A stretch of DNA of 64,000 nt from Podarcis tiliguerta (lineage: Eukaryota), in the NCBI GenBank assembly GCA_965153285.1, contig OZ229110.1; one strand, written 5' to 3'. The notes beneath the pieces were generated by a model. The model was given only the letters and a program-made list of their open reading frames with translations. It made no database searches and was not told where the DNA came from. This document shows positions 52,109 through 63,770 of the stretch, piece after piece (the first letter of the stretch is position 1; the number at the start of each line of letters is the position of its first letter). Made by a program: the position numbers and the translations under genes.

Positions 52109-54108
52109 TTCTAGTACAAGAACAGATAGAGGTGGTAGGAAAGTGTGTGTTTTAAAGGGGGAAGATTACTTTTCAAGCAGGTCAAAGCACCTGACATAAC
52201 TGAAATGATCTCACCACTGCTTCCCCTGAAAAAAATAATTACTTCTCTTGCATGTTTAATTGCCACCTTTTTTAAAAAAAAGTGTTTTATTACTTAAGGT
52301 TCCATCTAGCAGGATGCAGTTGCAAAAGTAAGAGTGGTACAAGTACAGACAAAAAGAAAATGTATTCCTGTCTGCTTCCTTTGAGCCACATCATTGCTTC
52401 TGGCTGGATGTGAACTCAGATTTCACACACCCAAGTCACTGCTACAGTGGCTGAGTTCCAGCATAAATTATGCCAAAGGTAAAGAAACAAGAATGATGAT
52501 GATGATGATAGCAAAGCACGTGCTTCCTGAACCCTCTGCAAACTTCCACAGCGCTTGAAAGGAGAAATCCTTACTTCTTTAAAATGTGCAAACTTACTCC
52601 CAAAGCAATTTAAGAGAACTTTCAGGGTTACTTCAAGACTATGAGCACTTCCTTCTTTAAATCACTGTATGCACAATCACTTTTGACTGATAGCTGGATT
52701 GCTAAATATTCATGGGCATAGCGTGCAGAATTTTAGTTTTGCGAAGTCAAATCCACAGACAGAAACCAGCACTGAAAAGTTGATTGCCTTGCTTCTGTAT
52801 GAAATACCAAGCTCTGCTTCAGCACTTAAGGGAAGGGACATGATGCTTAGAAACCATTGTGCCAAACACAGGTTTAAAATAATAATAATGTAAAGGTCAG
52901 AATTTTGCGCGTTTACCTGGCACCATCAATTCATAATTCTGAGAAAAAGATCACCCTCCAGCTCCTTTACAGTGCATAAAGTGGAATTAAAAGTCCCAAA
53001 GCCAGTATGAAGCAAAAGAGAGGAGGGGGGCGCAGCCTCTTCATCTCACGGAAAAGGTTTGCAACTTGCTGTGGAAACTCAGCTGCCGTGAGGCGGCTTC
53101 TATTAAACCATTAAGAGAAATAAAAGGCGAAGGATGGGCCAAGACTTAATCGCTCCCAGCGCCCCAAACGACCCATGGGCTTAAGTAAAAGTTGCGACCT
53201 TGACGCACGTTTCCTCGCGAATCAAATTAGCCGAAATCAATGGGACTTCACTTCCCACCGAAAGTGCATTTTATCAGATCCGGCTGCAAAAGCCCCCCAG
53301 CCACGGGAAACGACATGTTTTCTCCAATTTCACAGCCAAACAAGCAGCCCACAGCAACAAAACGTGCGGGTTTTCCCAACTTTGACCGGGAAAGGACGGC
53401 CTTTTCCCCTCTCTTCCCCTCTCCAGGTTTCCCGACTTTTTCTCTCCCTCTCCCCAGCCTCCCCTTGCAAACGAGACGGGGACCTTTCTTCAGGAGCAGA
53501 AGCAGCAGCAACTGCGAATGGCCGCCTGCCGCACCGCAATAACTTTCGCTCTCTCCGGGATCACACAGTTTGCAAAAGCAGACCGGGGGTCGCATCTTCC
53601 CCTTCACCGGGGAAGGAGCGGGAGGGGGAGGCGGAAGACGACCGCTCGCCGCTTTGAGGAACGGGGAAGGCCGGGCGTGCGAGGGAGCGAGCGAAACCCA
53701 TTCACTTCTTTCTTTCTCCTCCTCCCTCCTCCTCTTCACGCCCCCTCACTCTCTCCCTCACTCGCCCGCAGAGCCGCTCCGCCTGCCGCCCCTTGCCCCG
53801 CTCCCCCTTTCCAAACAATGGATCAGCTGCTCCACAGGCACTTGGGCGCCCACCGCCCAACTCCGAGCGACCCATTTCCCCCCTCGAGGGGGGTGTGCGT
53901 GCGTGTGGAGAAAAGAAGCGCAGTTGAGCCATCTCCACACGGGATAGAGGATTTCCACACCTCTTTTTTTGTCCCCTTTTAACGAGGAGGGAGGACGAGG
54001 AAGGGGGTGGGTCGAGAAAAGCCCCCTCCTCTACTACTACCACCTCCTCATCTCTTTCTGTCTCCATTAGGGGGTCAGAGAAGAAGAAGGGGCTCCGTCC
54101 ACACTCAC

Positions 54109-54225
54109 CAGCACGACGGCGAACCTCTCCTCCAGTTCCGCGGGCTCGGGCATGGGCAGCTTGAGCGGCACACTGTGCGCCCTGAAGTCCGTCTGCTGAG
54201 AGTCCATGCTCCCCGCATTGCCCAT
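54109..54225 (-). CDS. FMNL2: Formin-like protein 2, coding exon 1 (39 aa, phase-0 end)
   Basis: Manual translation of the minus strand gives [39 protein letters not shown], nearly identical to the vertebrate FMNL2 N-terminus as I recall it ([39 protein letters not shown]). Strong Kozak context (gccgtcgccATGG), MGxxxS N-myristoylation motif, and a consensus donor CTG|GTGAGT at 54108. Too short to appear in the ORF track. Confidence 0.97.
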
Positions 54226-54850
54226 GGCGACGGCGACGGGGCCGGGGGAGCTCCGTCCGCCGCTCTCTCACAGGCAGGCCACGCCAGGCGAGGCTGCTGC
54301 CGCCGGCTCTCGGCTCCCACGACGCCGCCGCTCCGTTATTCCTTCCCCGCCCACCCCCAAGGAAAGCGGCGAGCGGACTCCCTCCCCAACCCAAGCCGCC
54401 TCGCCGCCAACAAAACTGAGGTAAAAATAAAATAAATCAAAGCTACAGCAAGGCGAGCCGCCCGGATCTGTCTGTCTCTCTCCCTAGTCTTCTCTCCTCA
54501 TGCTCTCCTGCTGCCTTCTCCGCCTCCCCGGCGCAATCCTTTTCTCCGAGAGGTGCGAGCCGCCAGCCGGGCTCTCAGCTGCTGCATGTTGCACAGTTTC
54601 CACTCCGAGCGGTCCCGCCTGAGCGAAGCAGCATGGCTCCTCCGGCGGAGAGGTCCGCTGCTCCGGGAGCCCCGCCGGCGCCTCTCGACCGCGGCAGCGA
54701 GCGCAGCGCCCACAAAGCGCAGGACGGCGGAACAGCAGCAGCAGCAGCAGCAGCAGCCGACGAACGAGCCAGACAGACAGACGAGCGCGCAGCCCAGCAC
54801 AAAGCCCCCTTTCTGCAGCCGCCTCCTACGGAGCCGATCCCCGCCCCCGG
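54226..54850 (-). other. FMNL2: Probable FMNL2 5' UTR (TSS not determinable)
   Basis: GC-rich sequence directly upstream of the ATG within the CpG island. The upstream limit is a guess. Confidence 0.5.
54733..54756 (+). repeat. (CAG)8, read as (CTG)8 on the FMNL2 strand
   Basis: cagcagcagcagcagcagcagcag read directly. Confidence 0.95.
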
Positions 54851-55102
54851 CCCCGGGGAAAGCTGGGAAGCGTAGTCCTCGCAGGTTGTGCCTCATGCGC
54901 GGACATGCCCGGCTCGCGGGGCCGGTGAAGAGAACTTCAATGGGTGAAAAAAGAAACTTGGGAAATCCTCGGGGAGAGGGTGGAGACATTTGTTTTGCAT
55001 TCACTGAACAAAGGATGTCTAGTGTGATGGTGGGGAAGGATCTACCATTCACACAGAGCGTGCGCCCCGCCGAAAGGATTTTTGTGAAGTGTGAATTTCA
55101 CC

Positions 55103-55170
55103 CAGGGGTCAGCAACCTTTCTCAGCCGTAGGCCGGTCCACCGTCCCTCAGACCATGTGGTGGGGGGCAC
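55103..55170 (+). mobile_element. hAT MITE left-end fragment (59621 family)
   Basis: caggggtcagcaacctt followed by ccgtccctcagaccatgtgg. Confidence 0.75.
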
Positions 55171-55267
55171 TATATTTATATTATGGCAACCCTAATATAT
55201 GCTTATTGTTATTAAATTTTATTATGGCTTATGCCATAATAAACTTGTTAACCTTTAAGGCACCACA

Positions 55268-55288
55268 TACACACACACACACACACAC

Positions 55289-55320
<32 letters not shown>

Positions 55321-55330
55321 ATGTATGTAT
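55268..55330 (+). repeat. Compound microsatellite (CA)n(TA)n(TATG)n
   Basis: Read directly. Confidence 0.92.
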
Positions 55331-56846
55331 AAATAAATAAATATGAAACTGCTGCACATATTGTACCCGATTTCAGAGACAGGTGTTATTTCACGGTCAA
55401 AAAGGACACAGGTGGCAAGTGGTTTCCCAAGTAAACTACAAATTGAGGCAATGTCACACTTAACAAGAGAAAAAACATTGGCAGAAACCCCCACTTCACC
55501 ACCAGGTCCCTGGCCTGTTTAGACACGTTTCATATTGGTGTACACATCTTTCAAATGTCTGTGTCTCCTTGAGTCTGATTCTTTATGTATGCACTAAACT
55601 TGCAATATTTTAAGCATCAATTCCTGGGGGGGGGGGAATCCACACACACATAACCCCATTAAACCTGTTCTATGGAAAGCACCATGTACGCAAATGAGGG
55701 GGTGCAGATCCCGCCAGCAACATAGCATGCGTGCTAGTGCCCAGGGCGGAGGGCACACACCAGGAGGTGAGGGTGAACGAGACCTGCTATGCCAGCCCTC
55801 ACCACCAGAGCAACCTCCCCACTGGAGCCAACCAGGGCCACACTGCGCCTCCTGTTCAGCTGTGCAGAGGGGAGCCCGGCCAACCAACATGGTCATTGGT
55901 GGGAAACCCCCCCCCCCCAATGCTCGTGGAGAGGAGCACTGTGCAGGGTTGTGCTGAGGTCACCAGCATGTGGAGGGGGGTTGGTTCGCACCCCTCAAAA
56001 TTGTGCACAAAGGGCCATGGTCCTACTGCCCCCCCTACACTACACCCCTGGGTCTACTTTCCTCTTGAGTTAGAATTTGACCCCTGGTGATGTTATCTTC
56101 AGAAGTGCTGCTATTCAAGCACACATACACTCTTGGGCAAGATATAACTCACCAACGAGGCTTTGTTCTTTTGTTCACCTCCTTATGTTTGACTTTAATG
56201 AAATATGGCTTTCCCTTCTCTTTGAAAGCAGGTGCAAAATGAGCATGATTTTTCCAGCACGCATTACTATTGTAACAGTTACTGATAGTGTGTGTTACTG
56301 ATAGCGTGTGTGGCTTTGTAACTCTTGGTACCATCTGCAAATCCTTTTTTTGCTACGGGAGACGTGTGTGATTCTCGGGAATAGGCATGAGTGGTGTCAT
56401 GTCTCCGCATCAGGAGCAAAAAGACACGTATGCAATTAAAAAGCATTAGCATCTGACCACTTTCCTAAGAAAAGCCCACATTTTCTTGGCAGCGAACGTG
56501 AGAGATGTAGTAAAAGTGCTATGAATCACACAATACAATGCTTCATTCTTGTTCAATGCCAATCACATCCTTGTATGAATTCCACCCCCTCTCGCACTAC
56601 AACTTCAAGCAATACCTTTGAACTAGGCTTTCATTCATAATTGAGAACCCTGCCAGCAAGATAAATATTTGTTAAAGCAAAGTTGCCAATTACTCTGCCT
56701 CGGAAAGCACCTGCAACTACCCACATCAAGATAATCCCGCAGAAAGCAAAATGGCATATGTTATTTTTTAAGGAAGGAACGTTTTGCTATTTATCTGATA
56801 TAATGTAATTGTTCTTGCTAGGGGCAAAACGAGAGAAGCTGTCGTA

Positions 56847-56887
<41 letters not shown>
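56847..56887 (+). repeat. (TA)n(CA)n microsatellite
   Basis: Read directly. Confidence 0.92.
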
Positions 56888-57450
56888 ATCACAAGCCACT
56901 ATTGCATTTATTAAAGTCAGAGAAGATTACAGTGTTCATCTCCCCACCATTAATTAAATCAGTATATCTGTTGCAGGTTTTGAACTGTAATGGAATAGCA
57001 AATGCCGGACTCCATCTTGATTTAGCTGCTTGCCTTTTCTTTCATTAAAATGAACGTGTTTGATTCCATAACATAATTAAATAAAAGTTTTGAATGGATG
57101 TTTTATAGTGGACTTGGCTGCTAAATTACCGTATATGATGGGACCAATGATCCATTAACATAGACAAAACACACACAGTTTACCTTCCTTGTTCCAAGTT
57201 GCAAAACAATTCCCTGGTGTCCATCTTTGGTTGTTATCTGTAATAAGCTGGGGGGGGGGCGGGGAGTTACACAGCTATACTAAAGAAAAAGTGTAGGTGG
57301 AAGCAAGTTTTATTGAATTCAGTTTCTCATAGATACAGCACAATCTTTTGCATATTTGATATGTTCTATAGGTCTGGCCGCCTGCTAAGTGTGCAAACAT
57401 ATTTCACCCTCAGAGGTTTTTATTTCAAGAATGTTTGCATTTATCTAAGG

Positions 57451-57636
57451 CAGGGGTAGTCAACCTTTTTATACCTACTGCCCACTAATGCATCTTTCTT
57501 GGTGGTAAAATTTCCTTTCCGCCCACCAGTGCTCAATGGAAGGAGGATTCAGCTGGTGCCATAGAACTCCCGACCGCCCACCTAGAATCCTGAAACGCCC
57601 ACTAGTGGGAGGCAGGGACCAGGCTGACAACCCCTG
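57451..57636. mobile_element. hAT MITE
   Basis: TIRs caggggtagtca / tgacaacccctg; TSD atctaagg at 57443-57450 and 57637-57644. Confidence 0.9.
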
Positions 57637-59463
57637 ATCTAAGGCAAAGAGTAGATAAGCACTGTAAGTGATCTCACATTCAAAGAAAATGATCCAGTGG
57701 CATTAATACATTCACTCCCTTCAAACACTTTCTCAACAGGAGATGCTTTGGCATCATGGATTTGATGTTGCTCCATGTCTGTATGAACCACACAGAGTTA
57801 TCTGTAAATGACGCCCCTCTCAGAAGTGCCAAGCCTTCAGAGACTTATGACTTGGATGTATTTAGTATTTATGTATTAAGTATCTGGACTTATGTTCCTC
57901 CTTTCTTCCAATATGGGGCCCAAGATGGCTTACAGAGACAAAATCAATTCATCGTTGGGGTTGCCCTCTTCAAACTTAGTACTTTCATTTTCCTAGTCTC
58001 ATATTTGTTTGCAAACACCTCGTGTTCTATTCTATTTTTTTCTTTCTTTTTAAAGTGCCCCCTAGAATTCAAAGTTTAAAATCAAGCACTGGAGTTCAGC
58101 ATGCATTCATTCATCCGTTCATTTTGATTCATTCAGAATGTGAGCATCATTCCTTTCAGGTCGGCTCCTTACATATCGTTCTTTTGATGGCATTCTACAA
58201 GTCACTCAGGCAACACAAGCAAATGAATCACGCGGAGGATACACGTAGGTGAGTGGTTTATCTGTGTATTTTGTAATGTCAGTTTCCATGCCTGTGCACC
58301 CATGCTTCTTGCACAACAGCTGATTCTGCCTGACGTGGTGTGATATGAGCTTGTGCATTGACCGACAGCTAACAATAGATCCATCTAAGCTGGTGCCTTT
58401 GTACACTGAGCTACACATTATGCAACTTCCTTTTTGAATTAGGAATTAACTAACAGGCTTTTTGCTCTGATTCAATTTATAGCTGCGTTAAATCTACTAA
58501 ATTCCTCCAGCGTCAGTGGGGTACTCCTGGGGTTTCTTAGGCTGCAATCTTATGCACACTTACCTAGGGGTAAGTCCCAGAGAGCTTAATGGAGCTTATT
58601 TATTTTATTTATTCAAGTGATAATAGGACAGGTTAATAACTAATACTCATTCTGTGAGACTGTAGAAAATTCAAAAGAAATGCTCCAAAATTATGGCAAT
58701 ATACATTAAACTAACTGGAAAACATGCACGCACATGTATAGAAGGAAAACAGTGTCAATGAAGACAAGAAACTAGCATTTGACAGAGTAAGTACCCCATT
58801 GCTGTGTAAACATAGGATTTGAATATAATTAGATAGGTAGACAAAATAAAGTACACAAAGCACAGTTGGTGGTTTACATGGCTGAAACACAATTGTCCTC
58901 TTTTCTCTCTCTAGCTATGTCCAAAAAGCTTGCTTCCTGCCATTCCGATATATCATTGCAGCTGCCATATACTTTAATGCTCCCCACTTTCCTTGGCTGT
59001 GGGAAGTTCAAAAACAGGTTTGCAGCCCCCCCCCCCGGTTTGGATGAAAAATACTGGGGGCTTGCACACCCTTCTGTGAGAAAGAACCTTGTTTACAAAT
59101 ATAAAGGTTGAGCAGATAGCAAGCAAGCAGACATGTCGACAGAGTGCTAGCTCCAAACACTTAGAGATGCCTTTCCTGTGTCTGTCCTAATTCAGAGCCA
59201 AGCTACATGCATCTCCAAATCCGAGGATGGGGGAAAATGGGGGGGGGGGGTATTTGTAAGAATAGTGGGATGCAAGGTAGGGGATTTCATCATTTCCCTC
59301 CATGTGGCAGTTCTCATGAATATAATCCCCCTTAAAAACAAATCTGCTGTTTGCCATGAGATGGAAGTTCCCATTGGTGCCATATTACTTCTCTTCCATG
59401 TGCCTTGGCCCACACCCCGCATTCAAAGCAGTACCCATATGGTGCTTGCATGTTTTCTTCCAT

Positions 59464-59886
59464 GGATGGCAGAGCTCAGTGGCAGAGCACAAACACTGCA
59501 CAGAACGCAGAAGGGCCCAGGATCCATCTCACAAGGAAGCATCCTGTCTGAAACTCAGCAGAGCTGCTGCTGGTAAGTGACTATAGGCAATACTGAACTA
59601 GATGGATCAATGGTCTAAGGCAGGGGTCAGCAAACTTTTTTAGCAGGGGACCGGTCCGCTGTCCCTCAGACCTTGTGGGGGCCGGACTATATTTTGGAGA
59701 AGAAAAAAGAACGAATTCCTATGCCTCACAAATAACCTAGAGATGCATTTTAAATAAAAGGACACATTCTACTCATGTAAAAACACGCCAATTCCCGGAC
59801 CGTCCGCGGGCCAGATTTAGAAAACGATTTGGCCAGATCCGGCCCCTGGGCCTTAGTTTGCCTACCCATGGTCTAAGGCAGCTTCT
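59464..59886 (+). mobile_element. Older tRNA-derived SINE interrupted by the 59621 hAT MITE
   Basis: Head gagctcagtggcagagca; tail gagctgctgc, caatactgaactagatggatcaatggtct, then the MITE, then aaggcagcttc. Related tails at ~2310, ~23180 and ~46650. Confidence 0.6.
59621..59870 (+). mobile_element. hAT MITE
   Basis: Imperfect TIRs caggggtcagcaaac / gtttgcctacccatg; 8-bp TSD gtctaagg at 59613-59620 and 59871-59878. Confidence 0.9.
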
Positions 59887-61607
59887 TCTGCTCCTGTGCT
59901 TGAGAGAACAGCAATTCAGTCACTGCTACAAGGTAAACAACACAGTGGTCAAAGCACTTCCCAAGTTGGCTCCTGCTGTGAGCAAGCATGCATGTATCAA
60001 TACATGCTTTTCCTTTGTGGCTTTAGTCACACCTGTAAACTGGCTACATGCAGTCTGTAATTCATAACGCTCTGTGCCGGCTTTTCAGAGAAGTTATCAA
60101 TACAGCACTTCCTCTTCCTGTTTATATTGCTGTGTGAGTTATAATTCGGATCGTCTTTGTTATATCCAATGAGTTACAATGGCCATTACAATAACTTAGC
60201 TCTCCTCCCGTCCCTTCTCCCAAATGACCTCATCTTTCATTGCTCAGGAGAAATTGCACAATTTTTCCGAAGTATTTCCTCTGTTTTCTCTGAGGAAAGG
60301 CATGAAATCCAAGAGGCCGTGACAGCAAATGAGGCTGTGATCCGCAGCCCAAGTAGTTCACTTCCAGCAATGTAAATAATACCTGTATTTGAAGCAAATT
60401 ATTCTAACACTTTGGAGTAGACCCACTGAAATTAATGGACCCAAGTTACTCATGGTTATTAATTCCAGTGTGGGTGTAGTCTTTGTAAAGGTTAGTTGAA
60501 TGCAACCCAAGATCTCCTTTTAAGAAAGCCCAGCAAGTCTCTTAAGTGGGTCGTGGATTGTGCTCTGTTAAGCAATGGGTCTTAGACTAATTTATAACCA
60601 GCACTCCCACTGGATCATTACCATTTACTTTGCATCTATATGGATCCATTTCGGAGCTAGTCTGAAGAGCTTGAAATGCAGCAGCTTCAGGACTGATGTG
60701 ATGGTTTTAGCCAGGGGATGCAGACAGCACCACTCTGATATTATTACTAAGCACTCTGCTCCCATCCCTGCTGATGCCATCTGTTAAAACACAGCAGGAA
60801 GGAAAGTAACGCAGCTTGGGAGGAGGGTGGCTTGTTTTCCTTCAGACTTTTTCTGAGAAAATGGGAAGGTGCTTTTTCATCATACTCTCTCTCTCTCTCT
60901 CTTTCCCTCCCCTTGACCCCCAAGAGGGCAGCTTCTTGGAAACCCCCAGCTAGACATTTAAGGGCAGACATGCAGACTTTTGCCGCTGTTCTTCTTTTGT
61001 GTAACTCCGCTTTCTATAATCCTGTCTCGACTCCCTTTTTTCAGGGCAGCTCCTGTCTCTGTAAGTGTCATCGCACCAGGGAAATAGGCTGCAAACACAC
61101 ACATTCTGTACCCCACTGCATGGAACAAATCCTATTTTCTTCAAAAGCCCATGTGTTCCGTTTGGCTCCCTCCGATGTCATTTTGGCAAACCTCGACTCA
61201 GGGAGAGAGAGAGAGGCTCTTCACAGATTGTTGGAAACCATTTGCTCAGAGGCTCCATTCTATTATTATTACCCAACTGGGGCAGACACCAAACACATTC
61301 AGGAGTCAGCCAATGCCTTAATGGATGCAGCAGTTCTCTGTGTGCTGTACCCATGTGTCTCTGCAGTGCACTTTGTGCCTGCTGAGCCAAAGACCAGCGA
61401 GCTACACACGTACTGCTGAAACCGGGCAGAGATATTCTAGTCTTGTGAAACAACAGTACTGCCATGCAACCTGTGAAGTGGATTCTGGTCAACAAAAGCT
61501 TATGTCATGAATTGATTATTCATCTTTAAGATGCCACAGGACTTGCTGTCATTTTTTTCTGCAGCAACATGGCTCGGGGCATCCTTTTTGTTGTTAACTA
61601 AAGGCAG

Positions 61608-61825
61608 AAGACTCCCTGGAAAAGACCCTGATGTTGGGAAAGATGGAGGGCACAAGGAGAAGGGGACGACAGAGGACGAGATGGTTAGATAGTGTTCTCG
61701 AAGCTACCAGCATGGAGTTTGACCAAACTGCAGGAGGCAGTGGAAGACAGAAGTGCCTGGCGTGCTCTGGTCCATGGGGTCACGAAGAGTCGGATACAAC
61801 TAAACAACTAAACAACAACAACAAA
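61608..61825 (+). mobile_element. Bov-B (RTE clade) LINE 3' fragment
   Basis: Encodes DSLEKTLMLGKMEGTRRRGRQRTRWLDSV, then after a frameshift AVEDRSAWRALVHGVTKSR, typical of the Bov-B ORF C-terminus; ends in a (CAA)n tail. Confidence 0.92.
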
Positions 61826-61838
61826 AAAGGCAGGTCCT

Positions 61839-62079
61839 TCCTGCCAACCTAGCAGTTCGAAAGCATGTCAAAGTGCAAGTAGATAAATAGGTACCACTCC
61901 AGTGGGAAGGTAAACGGCGTTTCCTTGCGCTGCTCTGGTTTGCCAGAAGCGGCTTAGTCATGCTGGCCACATGACCTGGAAGTTGTACGCCGGCTCCCTC
62001 GGCCAATAAAGCGAGATGAGCGCCGCAACCCCAGAGTCGGCCACAACTGGACCTAATGGTCAGGGGTCCCTTTACCTTT
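61839..62079 (+). mobile_element. Sauria SINE, 5'-truncated
   Basis: Ends gggtccctttaccttt; TSD aaaggcaggtcct at 61826-61838 and 62080-62092. Confidence 0.93.
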
Positions 62080-62269
62080 AAAGGCAGGTCCTACTTTGTT
62101 GTGGCCCTATGCCCCATCACTCTGCCGCTTCAGGCAGTTGATGAGGAGCTGCCTTTTAATTTTTTTTATTATTATTTTTTTTGGTTAATTGTTCAATTGA
62201 TTTGGTTCATTGCATAGCCATTAAGAGCTTTACAGGCTCAGATACATGGCTCATGTCCGCCACTAACTG

Positions 62270-62530
62270 TGCATTCGGTATTGTGGGGTCAATTCTGGGG
62301 AGCTTCCTCGCAGCTGAGATCAGGCTGGCCCCTTCCCTGCTGAACTTCCAGTGCTTGACAAAGACCTTTCTATTTCTGCAGGCACTTTGCGTTAGTTGTA
62401 TTATGCCTATTTACTGAACTTACGTTTTTACCTGCGGGTTTTCATTTGTCTTAAATGCTGTATTATTTTGATCAATGGCTGTTTTACAGATAGTTCTGTA
62501 AGCTGCTTTGCGGCCGTCGACAGTGAAAAG
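62270..62530 (+). mobile_element. Degenerate L2-like 3' fragment
   Basis: gagatcaggctggccccttccctg and aagacctttctattt resemble squamate L2 3' regions; heavily decayed. Confidence 0.45.
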
Positions 62531-62929
62531 AGGTCTATAAATACTGGAAATACATAATAAATGAATCCTGTGTGCTGGCTCAATTTTCTGCTATTCTGGG
62601 GCTGCTGGAATTTGTTAAACAGGTTGAAAATGGTCAACTCATTAAACTAAGGGAATATTGTGGCGGGTGGGGAAGATTCAAAGAGCACATTTGCTTTCCT
62701 TTTTTTTTTTACTGGTTGTTAGGTGCCTTGAGCCTCTGAGGAGAAATAGATGGGACAGAAATAAAATAGTGGCGTGTTGCCATACAGGACAAGGGTTTGT
62801 TGTTGGAACGAGCACGATGGTGCAGAACTAGCTGAGATGCTCTTCAGACCTCAGTCAATATATTTTATGTGCGCCGTGTAATAATGTGGCAAAATACTAT
62901 TGTGAGCCAGGCTGTGCGTGGATGCAGTT

Positions 62930-63360
62930 GCTTCTTCTTTGGCGATCACTCGTAGCCAAGTAAGATTGTCTTCCATAAACACGGTTTTAACAATGAGTCC
63001 GTAAGTGACTGTGGAGGCCAATTCTGGATCCACATGTCCTTCCACAGTGGGGACATTGTTTTCCAGGCAGGAGTTGATCATGGTGTGGATTTGCCAAGCG
63101 TGCCTTCCTCTTGGCACGTTTCTCCCTTGCGTCCTGAGTTCAAGTGTCTTCAAAGCCCGTGACACCTTTGGTAAAGGCTGTTCTCCAACTGGAGCACTCA
63201 CAGGCAAGTGCTCCCCAATTGTTGGTGTTTATACTACTTTTTTAAAAAATTGCTTTGAGACAGCCTTTAAATCTCTTTTGTTGACCACCAGCATTACGCT
63301 TTCCATTTTTAAGTTCGGAATAGAGTAGTTGCTTTGGAAGACAATCATCAGGCATCCTGC
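62930..63360 (-). mobile_element. RTE-clade LINE 3' fragment with C-terminal C2H2 zinc finger (not Bov-B)
   Basis: Minus-strand translation includes RMPDDCLPKQLLYSELKNGKRNAGGQQKRFK and ends QCPHCGRTCGSRIGLHSHLRTHC-stop (stop at 62987-62989), followed by a short 3' UTR and an AAGAAGAAG tail. Reading frame disrupted. Confidence 0.88.
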
Positions 63361-63643
63361 ATTAACCCCCTGACAGTCACACCATTTCAGAAACTGCTAC
63401 CAGCAGTATCCTTTGCACAGTCAAGTTTTCTCCACACAATTACATCATTGCAGGAGGAAGGAGGAAAGGCCTCCTTATTCCCCCACGTATGGAGAATAGG
63501 CTCTTGTTGCTTAGTGCACCACAAAGCAGTCTGCACATGCTCCAAGGTGCTTTTTTCCTCCTCGATTGCTGACTGTGTTATATCTTCTAGGGACAAGCCC
63601 TAGCATTGAAACTGATTTCTCGTGTGGATCACTTTTTTTATTA

Positions 63644-63739
63644 CAGTGGTACCTCGGGTTAAGAACTTAATTTGTTCTGGAGGTCCATAGTTAACCTGAA
63701 ACTGTTCTTAACCTGAAACACCACTTTAGCTAATGGGGC

Positions 63740-63770
<31 letters not shown>

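Larger units (their letters stand above)
1..54108 (-). other. FMNL2: FMNL2 intron 1 (5' portion; continues beyond window start)
   Basis: Begins at the GT donor at 54108. I found no sequence encoding the expected exon 2 peptide ([28 protein letters not shown]) by eye. Repeat-rich and CpG-depleted. Confidence 0.85.
53020..55160. promoter_or_regulatory. FMNL2: CpG island / FMNL2 promoter region
   Basis: Abrupt rise in GC and CpG density around exon 1 compared with the CpG-poor flanks; GC-box-like elements such as ccccgccccc at ~54839. Boundaries approximate. Confidence 0.9.

Noticed and set aside
53175-55131. Long ORFs on both strands in the CpG island (e.g. 53702-54394, 54498-55052, and 54553-55131 with polyQ)
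   Set aside because: GC-rich DNA lacks stop codons; the peptides are low-complexity R/G/P/A and resemble no family I recognise. The real FMNL2 exon is a short frame not listed in the track.
60832-61419. 195-aa plus-strand ORF
   Set aside because: Non-ATG start, runs through microsatellites, no recognisable domain or splice structure.
62851-63328. ORFs of 118 aa (-) and 107 aa (+) as possible novel or viral genes
   Set aside because: They are alternative frames of the RTE LINE fragment.
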